From an uncultured Alphaproteobacteria bacterium (GTDB lineage: Bacteria; Pseudomonadota; Alphaproteobacteria; UBA7879; UBA5542), in contig CAIWGV010000046.1 in the NCBI GenBank assembly GCA_903912365.1, positions 10,707 to 74,706 on the forward strand: 64,000 nt of DNA, in the 5' to 3' direction. The translations under genes were made by a program, and so were the position numbers. Positions 19,901-26,523 of the stretch are shown here, one piece after another; position 1 is the stretch's first letter; the number at the start of each line of letters is the position of its first letter. The notes beneath the pieces were generated by a model that was not told the origin of the DNA, did no database searches, and saw nothing but the letters and a program-made list of their open reading frames with translations.

Positions 19901-20291
19901 CTATCAAATGGTTCAAAAGAACTACTTCCCAGCATTTAACTTTGGAAACCCCTGGTTTATAGACCAGTGGCTTTCAACGCCCTACTTAGGAAATGTTTCT
20001 TCTTACATTCCCTATTTATCATCAGATGCCTTGTATCTTTTTGGGGGGTTGTCAAACATCTTACAATCCATCGAAACCCTTCTTCACGATCATAGAACTC
20101 TAATTCCTTTGCAGGATCCCCTGAAGAGCGTCACCGTAGAAATGCCTAACTCCCAAGAAGATGGTATCAACTTATTTGGTCAGGACCCCACACCCCTTCA
20201 CCCTGAAATAACCCCCTCTCTAAAAGAGGAAGAAGAAGGAGAAAATCTATTCGGAATACCCCCCTTAGAGAGTATGGTGCTTGGCGGGTGA
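13914..20291 (+). CDS. Giant two-partner-secretion exoprotein (TpsA/FhaB-like) with N-terminal TPS (haemagglutination activity) domain and a long Gly/Ser/Thr/Asn-rich beta-helical repeat region
   Basis: TPS-domain signatures LTAIDWDSFSVG...VNSVVG...QVYILNPNGMVF (NPNGI motif), followed by ~1700 aa of degenerate ~20-25-aa repeats (YMGGFVG / GGLVGQTTG / SISNS...). The reading frame is open from 13710 and encodes a signal-peptide-like RGISFFRKVFPGIQFFLGGVLFSIFAQA|HEA upstream of the first ATG (13914). The true N-terminus is therefore probably upstream, with a non-ATG or slippage-dependent start. No autotransporter beta-domain is found at the C-terminus. Confidence 0.8.
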   Translation: MDITPHQSLTAIDWDSFSVGSKAAVSFHHGGSDYITVNSVVGSKLSEVAGQINVTGGGQVYILNPNGMVFHDGALVDSAVIVGTSTLDRTAFYEKGEVLLRASENAAPIIVNGTLTIKNAGLFRVVAPHFLNNGHIKGQLHVAAAEEVRVDLGDSRLTFTLNGKLKDAFLHTTKGSSVEGKTVTMTVGTVEEVLNETIRIDGDMRAVGLSEEGGRIILKGGDTGKTVVSGTLDASGKMDSDASPSAHVGGLVSVTGHTVEAEPTAHLKADGTTGGKIHFGVDEDFQRSSTDSVLKNPSVKATHVHIHSGAEMAAKATTGKGGSVIAIAKDTTTFQGKETLSEPSIFVTSQKGPGGFAEISGNKLRVEGLVDARSLETDEHGHVLFDPGSILISTAGGATMSGSALSTALIGANVTLQTTVGFSPGADLITIDDEVAWGNGTTLSLIGKDMLFTGNAQVQLIVGFLKIRTAYSTSIPQGAITLQPGYKIDSTDNPVLLFSSNGMDNITNSAGVHLTFGYTNYMNIYGANTVTNGPDTYYGLDLLINGTLPANGNYALMTDMTLVSPFSFPLSDPFTGILTATSLGVNPSPYTLTLPGGPQNLAVLGGNVYWGSLCPQLSGASIDSINFAIQGGSLTLNGPTGAGPITGGTYIGLLAGSATNSTITNVGVSSDSISYTNNIRSPNLYMGGLVGQATSTTPATVSISNITNSLNLYFTDRYVPPTSPPLDLYYIGGLVGSTSGSIFNSSSSGSLTYTQNPPTEGISSNLSAYVGGLVGQTTGSTINNSYYSGALQVSVPTDYGHINNLYVGGIAAYANSTGGLTISASNPTLAPVISISNSGGVVSSNGGVRGGVYMGGFVGASAQSITISNSVIPHGSNNILSLTNTGFVGGASMGGFLGQAFSTSTISNCSNAGTILLTNNNNFNNTGPSFGFISSTFLGGLLGAATGAVILTESHNSGNVTLANTNSATSGASFDSGDINYGGVIGAALSGLTSSLTYNSGALTFSNGGSIGFSGSSSIHMGGFAGALSGPNTITGSTYNSGNLTLSNGTNSNNGNSNNGNVTGGINLGGFVGSSTGAIDGTLGANSNTGTVAFTNGYNGGGTGTIGTYLYVGGFAGAMSANANLTGATSSSPVTVVDQNNSGNNSPPFCVGGLVGNTSSSISNSYATGSVSYTENSINTSALYIAGLVAQTTGAAITSSYYNQALSVTISSAHQLPSLLMGGLVAYNATPLSISSSYTSAGSSLSLTNSGTIAIAAVGGLVGSPGSTLVLSTTTKNAGNMTVTNTGTFGGLFYGGIIGVTKVAVTSTGTTNTGNLTLLNGTVNGAGSIGTVEMGGFVGGSSSAIDGTLGANSSSGTVAFTNGHTGGAGLPYTGTIVNNLSIGGFAGDMSANALIWATSSSPVTVIDANHVGAAPFCIAGLVGTTGAGASISNSSYNGALSATINPNNTLGVLNMGGLVAYSQYSPSISSSYVSAGSSLSLTNSGTLGGGANVGGLFGYLNSFNSSGNTYNAGTMTITNTGTFSSTLNYGGVIGSASQTTTSTGTCTNTGNLTLLNGTSDGPGTITGDVSMGGFFGLSAGSSGTVSSSGVLTFTNGADTGPTAILSGNLNVGGFAGFLNDNAPLSGQSSTGVTVTNNSNITTTKAWSIAGLVGNALNNIINSSASGTVSYVENAINDSTFAIGGLLGQNTGPATISNSSYNGALSATITNNGNSTNSFFLGGIAAVASANLTISGSSLGSNSSLLVTNNGTMYELGIGGISGKSEANIPLTISGSSVGTNASLGFINTGRILSNLRNFFFGGVVAVNGGTATLSKSYNQGNLFLNNSGTLNCTVYYGGIIASPSNGQTINQTFNTGNLSVTNSGTGTLTKPLYIGGFAGKEPGFLTSPFTAANNYTTGSININNSGNLTDVYMGGFMGSVSDPDSTISTSYTRTSLSLTNTGTIAGNTLVGSFAGSNSGTIATSYALIQPSAVAGFTSPLAPIGAGTMSGVTLLQPYQMVQKNYFPAFNFGNPWFIDQWLSTPYLGNVSSYIPYLSSDALYLFGGLSNILQSIETLLHDHRTLIPLQDPLKSVTVEMPNSQEDGINLFGQDPTPLHPEITPSLKEEEEGENLFGIPPLESMVLGG

Positions 20292-21407
20292 GGCTGCCTT
20301 CGGTAAAAAGATATAATACTGTCCTTTAGACTTCATCTTGCCTGCCTGTTCCATGGCTTCTTTTCCAAATCCCCAGAAAAAATCTCCCCGCACGGCTCCT
20401 CGAATGGCGCCCCCCGTGTCTTGCGCCACCATCAGGTGACGGTGATTAAAATGATTATCTGGGTGATAGCCATCAAACCAGATGGGGGCCCCCATGGGGA
20501 AAATTCTTTTGTCTACAGCCATACTCCGTTTGGGAGTCACGGGGATACCCATACACCCGATGGGGCCGTCGCCCGGAATTTCTCGGAAAAATACATAGGA
20601 TGGGTTTTGATGCATAAGCTCTCGGGCTCTCTTTGGATTATCCTTCATCCATTTCCGAATAGACTGCATGGAAACATCCTTCAGGTCCATATACCCCCCT
20701 TCCGCCAGCTTACGACCAATGGGGATAAAAGGATGTCCATTGACACCCGCATACCCTACCCGCATGACGCCTCCTTCTTTCAAATTCACGCGCCCAGATC
20801 CTTGGATGTGCAGGAAAAAGGCTTCAACAGGATCATCCACCCAAACAAGCTCTAGCCCTTGCCCTTCCAAGGCGCCCTCATCTATACTAGCGCGGTCATA
20901 ATAGGGGATAAGCCGTCCCCAGCTGAACCGTCCCCATTTTTTATCCGCCTCTGACATCACTAAGTCCGAGGGTTTTCTATAAAGGGGATAGGCATATTTT
21001 TCGCTGCGGACCCGGGATCCATGCAGCTCACTTTCATAGTACCCCGTGAAAAGCCCCTCATGATTTCCGTTATCACTAGCTTTGTAAGGCGTAAAATAGG
21101 TTTCAAAAAAATCTCGAACTTCCTGGGCTGATTTGGGGTGAAGCTCTAAGGCTTTACGACAGGCTGGATGCCAATCTCCTGCATTTGTACCAAGACCCAC
21201 GGGTCTATTGGCGGGCATTTTTAGCAGAACGGGGCAAGATTTACAGAAAGCTCGAAAGCCATCTATAATATCGTGATCCTGCTGCCAATCCGGAAGGGCA
21301 TAAAAAGAGGAGGGAGTTATTTTTAAGAGGGGCACCTGAGGGCTGCGGCTACAAGCTCCCAAGAGCAAGAGACCAACGGTGACTAGAAAAAATCTATGGG
21401 GCCTCAT
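20265..21407 (-). CDS. mltA: Membrane-bound lytic murein transglycosylase A
   Basis: Lipoprotein signal (LLLGACS), MltA domain and C-terminal 3D domain (DTGGAIRGAVRGDFFWGFG). Its 3' end overlaps the TpsA 3' end by 27 bp, convergently. Confidence 0.85.
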   Translation of the reverse strand: MRPHRFFLVTVGLLLLGACSRSPQVPLLKITPSSFYALPDWQQDHDIIDGFRAFCKSCPVLLKMPANRPVGLGTNAGDWHPACRKALELHPKSAQEVRDFFETYFTPYKASDNGNHEGLFTGYYESELHGSRVRSEKYAYPLYRKPSDLVMSEADKKWGRFSWGRLIPYYDRASIDEGALEGQGLELVWVDDPVEAFFLHIQGSGRVNLKEGGVMRVGYAGVNGHPFIPIGRKLAEGGYMDLKDVSMQSIRKWMKDNPKRARELMHQNPSYVFFREIPGDGPIGCMGIPVTPKRSMAVDKRIFPMGAPIWFDGYHPDNHFNHRHLMVAQDTGGAIRGAVRGDFFWGFGKEAMEQAGKMKSKGQYYIFLPKAASPAKHHTL

Positions 21408-22029
21408 AGGGCAATATCTCTGCCAGTTTCCATGCAGTCTCCTTGGCCTCTAGATTTTTTTCGACGATCCATACCTCATTGATACGGTCAATGGCATTGG
21501 GATCTCCCTCCACCACTTGGCTTTTTTTGTCCTTTCGGAGCTGCGTCTGATCAGAAACAAAGTGGATTTTTATCCGAGCCACGCCCTCTGCAACACCAAT
21601 ATCTTTAATGGTAGCTCCCACAAGGCGAAAGAAGTCCAGCTCCCCTAATAGTCCTTGTTTCTTTACGGCATCAATTTCTTTTTCGTATAAATCATACAAG
21701 GAAGGGGACAAAAGAGGTTGAAGCGTATCTTTGGCCCCTTGCACAAAGGACCGAATGATTACTTCAAAATTACCTTTCATTTCCGTTAAGAAGTTTTCCT
21801 GAGTAAATTTAGAGTCCACAGCCTGCACTTGCTTCATGCCGGTAATAAGGGGGATTTCGTCCAAATCGATCACGGGCCCCTCCCCCACGGAGAGAGACTG
21901 TTCTTTTTGGAATTGACGAACATAGCTGAGAGGACTTTTTTCCAGTCCCGTACGACGGCCAAGACGCATGTACAGCAAAACGGCCACCACAAGGGTAATG
22001 ACTAAAAAAACAATATCGATTATCTGCAT
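21394..22029 (-). CDS. Tim44-like domain protein (alphaproteobacterial, membrane-anchored)
   Basis: N-terminal TM helix IIDIVFLVITLVVAVLLY and C-terminal Tim44/SnoaL-like domain. Adjacent to mltA as in many alphaproteobacteria. Confidence 0.7.
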   Translation of the reverse strand: MQIIDIVFLVITLVVAVLLYMRLGRRTGLEKSPLSYVRQFQKEQSLSVGEGPVIDLDEIPLITGMKQVQAVDSKFTQENFLTEMKGNFEVIIRSFVQGAKDTLQPLLSPSLYDLYEKEIDAVKKQGLLGELDFFRLVGATIKDIGVAEGVARIKIHFVSDQTQLRKDKKSQVVEGDPNAIDRINEVWIVEKNLEAKETAWKLAEILPYEAP

Positions 22030-22091
22030 GGATTTCCCTTCTACTCCTTCTTTATACACACCCTCGTAGGATTACACAACTCTGCGGAGAC

Positions 22092-22592
22092 ATGGGGGTC
22101 AGTTCAGTTCAATTGCATCGGATTCTAAAAGATGCCGGAGTTAGGTCTGAATACTTTGAAGAAGTTAGAACGCAATCTCTACATAAATTTTATGAAAGAT
22201 CCTTTCACCAAGAAATAAATACCCACAGCAAAAATCTTTACGCTACTGAACATTACTTTCAGGCAGTCTTTGAAGCATGTAAGGCATATGAACAAGGAGT
22301 GATCAGAAAAGCAAAGTTGGAGGGACATGGAGTGCGTTTAATGGAAGAAGCCTGGGATAAAAAAGGACCTCTAGATCTAAAGAAGAGTAAAAGCAGAGCA
22401 GATGCTAACATACAAGAGGGGATCAAATCTCTCTCCATTGGATTAATGCAGGCTATAAGAAATCCGGGAGGTCATAAACTTTCTGAAGAATGGCCTATTT
22501 CTCAAGAAGACTGCTTAAACATTTTAAGCTTTTTAACATTTTTGTTTCAAAAATTAGATGAAGCAAGACACGTTGAAAAAGTAGCTCCATAG
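22092..22592 (+). CDS. HEPN-domain protein, Abi_C/TIGR02391-like (putative abortive-infection/RNase toxin-type domain), solo
   Basis: 166 aa. The C-terminal AIRNPGGHKLSEE carries the HEPN R-x4-H motif in the context typical of Abi_C family proteins (ALRNxxAH). No MNT/antitoxin partner ORF is nearby. Sits between a core gene and the 3' end of tRNA-Arg. Confidence 0.5.
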   Translation: MGVSSVQLHRILKDAGVRSEYFEEVRTQSLHKFYERSFHQEINTHSKNLYATEHYFQAVFEACKAYEQGVIRKAKLEGHGVRLMEEAWDKKGPLDLKKSKSRADANIQEGIKSLSIGLMQAIRNPGGHKLSEEWPISQEDCLNILSFLTFLFQKLDEARHVEKVAP

Positions 22593-22728
22593 ATTGAGTT
22601 CAGGATATATCACTTAAAGATTAAAAAAATCATTCTAATGTTATACCCTTTTTCCCCCAAAGGTAGCACCAGGGTAGCACGGAGGAAATTCTGGAATCCG
22701 CCACCACCTCTGAAAACGGCTCTGGCAA

Positions 22729-22805
22729 TGGTGCGCCCGAGAGGACTCGAACCTCTAACCTCTTGATTCGTAGTCAAGTGCTCTATCCAATTGAGCTACG
22801 GGCGC
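22729..22805 (-). tRNA. tRNA-Arg (anticodon ACG)
   Basis: Minus-strand sequence GCGCCCGTAGCTCAATTGGATAGAGCACTTGACTACGAATCAAGAGGTTAGAGGTTCGAGTCCTCTCGGGCGCACCA. 7-bp acceptor stem, anticodon loop CUACGAA, T-loop GGTTCGAGTCC, encoded CCA. Confidence 0.9.
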
Positions 22806-22868
22806 CTAATAGTTTGGGAAGGGTACCCTAAGATTCCTTATTTCGCAAGAAGTTTTTGAGATTTCATG

Positions 22869-23003
22869 CCATTTCCATTTATACCAGCCCCAGAAAATTT
22901 CTAGTACGCGCGAAACAAAGGTCGAGGTTCTCGACGTGTACATAGATGCACATGAGGGAACCGACCGTCTGTAGTTTCTCCAAGCAATAGAGGTTTATGG
23001 GGC
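22869..23003. repeat. Complete compact copy (~130 bp) of the MITE-like palindromic repeat (copy B)
   Basis: ataccagccccagaaaatttctagtacgcgcgaaacaaaggtcgaggttctcgacgtgtacat...gtctgtagtttctccaagcaatagaggtttatggggctggtact. Terminal inverted repeats taccagccccagaaaa / tttatggggctggta and a central hairpin gtcgag-gtt-ctcgac. Lies between tRNA-Arg and a transporter gene. Confidence 0.8.
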
Positions 23004-23008
23004 TGGTA

Positions 23009-24004
23009 CTATTTGAATAAAACCATCAAGACGTTGATGACCACAAAGGACATTAAAGTTGTCAGAACAATCAGAGTGTTCGCCTTTTTAACATCCAATC
23101 CATACCTATGAGCAAACAAAGATGCATTCCGGGGAGCCGGCATGGCCGCAATTAATGTGGTTGTCAAAAGCCAAAAGGGCGGCAAGTCAAATACATATTT
23201 CCCCAGGCAAAAAGCGGTGGCAGGCAAGATAAAATTTTTCAGGACAATAAGGGTTAGAACCTCCCGTCGAAAGCTTCCTTTCTGAAAACTTATCTTGTCC
23301 TGCGCCAGAGAAAGCCCCAGGGTGAACAAAGAAAGAGGCGGTGCCGTATCTCCAATCCAACTGAAGAGGGTTACCACCGTATCAGGAAACTTGAGATCAT
23401 AATAGGCAAAGGTAATTCCAATGAAAGACGCTGGAATGATGGGTGTTTTTAAAATAATCTTGGGAAATTCCTTTAAAAATAGCTTCTTGGCCACGGAGGG
23501 ATGCTTTTTCTTCCCCGACCGAGACATATAAAAATCATATTCAACCATGGCAAGAACTATAGGGGTAAAGGCGATTGTTTGAAAAATTAACACCATGATA
23601 ACAGGTGCCACGGTTTTAAAGAAAAGAGAAAAAATGGGGATAGCCAGATAGGTTACATTCACCTGAGCCACGGTCATGAAAGCAATTCCCAGTTCCGCTC
23701 GGCGTTGGGGGAAAAACTTTTTTACGATCAGAACCGTTAGAATGCCGATAACCGCCGTACTGATAGCAAACACCGCCATAAAGGAAAAATTGAACAGCTT
23801 ACTCAAAGGCGCATTGAGGAATTGAAATAAAAGCATAGAGGGAATGGCCAAGAAGAAAACAAAGTCAGAGAGAACAGATGTGGCCTTTTTCCCTAAAAGA
23901 CCGGAGATAGCACACAAATATCCGAAAATGATTGTCCCAAAAATGGGAAGATTATACTTTAGTAGATGTATCAATTTCTTCTTCTTTAAAAATAATAGGT
24001 CCAT
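23009..24004 (-). CDS. Auxin efflux carrier (AEC) family membrane transporter
   Basis: ~10 TM helices. N-terminal region ...LPIFGTIIFGYLCAISGLLG... and internal repeat typical of PF03547 (MdcF/malate permease-like). Start trimmed to the internal Met MDLLF. Confidence 0.72.
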   Translation of the reverse strand: MDLLFLKKKKLIHLLKYNLPIFGTIIFGYLCAISGLLGKKATSVLSDFVFFLAIPSMLLFQFLNAPLSKLFNFSFMAVFAISTAVIGILTVLIVKKFFPQRRAELGIAFMTVAQVNVTYLAIPIFSLFFKTVAPVIMVLIFQTIAFTPIVLAMVEYDFYMSRSGKKKHPSVAKKLFLKEFPKIILKTPIIPASFIGITFAYYDLKFPDTVVTLFSWIGDTAPPLSLFTLGLSLAQDKISFQKGSFRREVLTLIVLKNFILPATAFCLGKYVFDLPPFWLLTTTLIAAMPAPRNASLFAHRYGLDVKKANTLIVLTTLMSFVVINVLMVLFK

Positions 24005-24125
24005 ATCCCCATCGCTTGGGGAGAAGGCACTATACTGAACTTTTATAAAAAATTCAATCGGATGGGGAAATTCCTGGCGCACTTCTCATTCATAGGATAT
24101 CCTTGGAGGAATTAGAGAGACACAG

Positions 24126-25412
24126 ATGACCCTATCCCCCGACTTAGAGCTAGAGCCAAAAACAGACGAGCCGAAAGTATTTTCTGTGACGGAGCTTTCC
24201 GTTGCCCTAAAAAATACCCTTGAGCACACATTTGGGTATGTGCGGGTCAAAGGGGAAATTTCGGGGCTCAAGCTCCACACCTCTGGCCACCTCTATTTTT
24301 CTCTAAAAGACAAAGATGCCCTTTTAGACGGGATTTGTTGGCGGGGCACCCTCAGCAAATTTAGTCTGACTCCGGCCGATGGCATGGAAGTCATCTGCCA
24401 AGGTCGCATCACAACCTATGGGGCCCGCTCCAAATATCAAATGATCGTGGATCATATGGAAGTGGCCGGCATTGGAGAACTTCTGGCTCTTCTTGAGGAA
24501 AGAAAAAAGAAACTGGAAGCAGAAGGGCTGTTTGACCCATCTCGGAAAAAGAAACTTCCCTTTCTCCCTAATGTCATTGGCATTGTCACCTCCCCCACAG
24601 GGGCGGTTATCCAAGATATCCTCCATCGCCTCAAAGAGCGGTTTCCAGTGCATGTCTTGGTGTGGCCTGTCACCGTTCAAGGAGAGACTGCCGCACGGGA
24701 AGTAGCCCAGGCCATCGAAGGATTTAACACCCTCTCCTCCTTCCCAAAGCCTGATCTTTTAATTATTGCCCGAGGCGGCGGAAGCCTTGAAGATCTCTGG
24801 GCCTTTAACGAAGAAATTGTGGTGAGGGCCGCCGCCAGAAGTGAAATTCCTCTCATTTCTGCCATTGGCCATGAAACGGATACAACTCTTCTGGATTACG
24901 TGGCAGACCGCCGAGCTCCCACGCCCACCGCTGCTGCAGAGATGGCCGTCCCCGTTCTAAAGGATCTGTTGGAGATTTTGAACACAGGCGCCTATCGCCT
25001 TCGAAATGGCATGGTAAAAATTTTGCGTCATGGGGAGCTTTTTCTGCAGAGCCAAAGCCGTGGCCTTATCAGCCCTCAACGTCTTCTGGAAAGCAAACAA
25101 CAACTTCTCGATGATTATTTAGAGCGATTAACCGCAACCTTAGAGAATAAAAAAACAGCCTCCCAAAACCGTTTTGCCTTTTTGAATCATCGCCTCTCTC
25201 AGATCTCTGTGGGGCAGATTCATCAAGCTCGGTACAGGGAGCTCTCTCTTTTATTGGAGAGCTATTCCTATACGAAAACTTTGGAACGGGGATTTGTTCT
25301 TGTAAAAACTGAAGGAGGAGCCCCCCTCACTTCCGCTCAAAACCTCCATTCGAAAGATCATGTCCTCCTCCAATTCTTCGACGGTACCAAAAAAGTTGAG
25401 GTGGCGGAATAG
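24126..25412 (+). CDS. xseA: Exodeoxyribonuclease VII large subunit
   Basis: N-terminal OB-fold region VFSVTELSVALKNTLEHTFGYVRVKGEISG and the conserved catalytic core. 428 aa. Confidence 0.9.
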   Translation: MTLSPDLELEPKTDEPKVFSVTELSVALKNTLEHTFGYVRVKGEISGLKLHTSGHLYFSLKDKDALLDGICWRGTLSKFSLTPADGMEVICQGRITTYGARSKYQMIVDHMEVAGIGELLALLEERKKKLEAEGLFDPSRKKKLPFLPNVIGIVTSPTGAVIQDILHRLKERFPVHVLVWPVTVQGETAAREVAQAIEGFNTLSSFPKPDLLIIARGGGSLEDLWAFNEEIVVRAAARSEIPLISAIGHETDTTLLDYVADRRAPTPTAAAEMAVPVLKDLLEILNTGAYRLRNGMVKILRHGELFLQSQSRGLISPQRLLESKQQLLDDYLERLTATLENKKTASQNRFAFLNHRLSQISVGQIHQARYRELSLLLESYSYTKTLERGFVLVKTEGGAPLTSAQNLHSKDHVLLQFFDGTKKVEVAE

Positions 25413-25422
25413 GATCTACCCC

Positions 25423-26460
25423 CTATTCTTTAGAAATTTTTTCTCCAGCATTGTCTGTTCCAGCCTCTCTAGATTTAGCTTTTGCCCGTTGTTTCCTCGT
25501 CCTCGAATTAGGTCTCTTTTTCTTTTGAAGCTCGGTCTCTTGCGCATTTTCTTTCACCATTTCAGAATTTGATTGGACTGGCGTCTTCTCCCTTTTTGGT
25601 GCAGTTTCCTCTGACTCTGGAGAAAGCTCAGGCTGTCCGGAGCTTTCAATAACACTCACTTCTTCCCACTCACTCTTCAAAATTTTTTCTTCTCCTCTCT
25701 CTAAAACTTTTTGAAGCTGGATAGGGGTGAGTTCTCCAAAAACTTTTGAACGGAGAGTTCTTAAGGCCTCAGAGTCGTATCGACAGAGTTTTTCTGAAGC
25801 GACTGAAAATCTATTAAGAAGCTGCAAAGCCTCATCAGCCTCCTTTTCTTCCTCAGCAAGAACTGTTAGAAACACAAACTTGGGATTTCTAAGATAACAC
25901 CTTCGGGTTGAGTCGCTCCAAAATCCACCCGCAAAAATTTTTGCATCAAAAGCTTCAGAATCTTGAGCATAGATATCCATCAACCCTTCATAGTACGCCA
26001 TTCTTTGCTGTATTAAGGGAAGTGTGGCATTAATTTCTATATCATCTTGGAATGTTTTTTGGATCTCTAAAAGTTGATTAAAGCCGCCTCTGTAAATTTT
26101 TAGAAGCCTCTCATGAAAAGCTTCATTCACCTTAAGATTTTCTGTTCTCTCCTCTCTCATAAGACCCGTCAGTGTTTGAAATTCTTGAGCCACATGGTCG
26201 GTAAGATCTTTAAGGCGAGATTGAAGGCTCTCCTTACTTACCTGTATGTAGCCTTCCACTTTTTTGTGGTCTGGATTTTCTTCAATTTTCTTAAATATAC
26301 GTAATTTTTCTTCCAGTCGGGCTCCTTCTTCCCCTAAAAGTTGAGCAACAGACCTTATTGTTTTTGTTTTTTCTCTCTCATCCACGGGCATCCCATGAGA
26401 AGACTGGAGGCCTAAAGTCACGAGCATTACGAAAGTTAGTAAAGTATTCTTTTTTGTCAT
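25423..26460 (-). CDS. Secreted coiled-coil protein of unknown function, paralog A, with Lys/Arg-rich NLS-like C-terminal tail
   Basis: Signal peptide MTKKNTLLTFVMLVTLGLQSSHG. Shares blocks with the neighbouring 264-aa ORF (LPLIQQRMAYYEGLMDIYAQD ~ IPLVEQRIKYYGDLRDVYGAD; FLTVLAEEEKEADEALQLLNRF ~ FLAPLVEEERDMLEALNLLKKF; GELTPIQLQKV ~ GELTPPQLQEI). Carries an extra basic tail ...QKKKRPNSRTRKQRAKAKSREAG.... Confidence 0.6.
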   Translation of the reverse strand: MTKKNTLLTFVMLVTLGLQSSHGMPVDEREKTKTIRSVAQLLGEEGARLEEKLRIFKKIEENPDHKKVEGYIQVSKESLQSRLKDLTDHVAQEFQTLTGLMREERTENLKVNEAFHERLLKIYRGGFNQLLEIQKTFQDDIEINATLPLIQQRMAYYEGLMDIYAQDSEAFDAKIFAGGFWSDSTRRCYLRNPKFVFLTVLAEEEKEADEALQLLNRFSVASEKLCRYDSEALRTLRSKVFGELTPIQLQKVLERGEEKILKSEWEEVSVIESSGQPELSPESEETAPKREKTPVQSNSEMVKENAQETELQKKKRPNSRTRKQRAKAKSREAGTDNAGEKISKE

Positions 26461-26523
26461 GTTTTCTCCTTGTTTTTAGATTCTTCGTCTTCAGAATATA
26501 CAGATACTTATCAAAGTAAACTT

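Noticed and set aside
13914-20291. Classification of the giant protein as an autotransporter or RTX toxin
   Set aside because: No C-terminal beta-barrel translocator or passenger-associated autochaperone motif was found. No GGxGxDxUx nonapeptide RTX repeats and no C-terminal T1SS signal context were found. The N-terminal TPS domain points to two-partner secretion instead.
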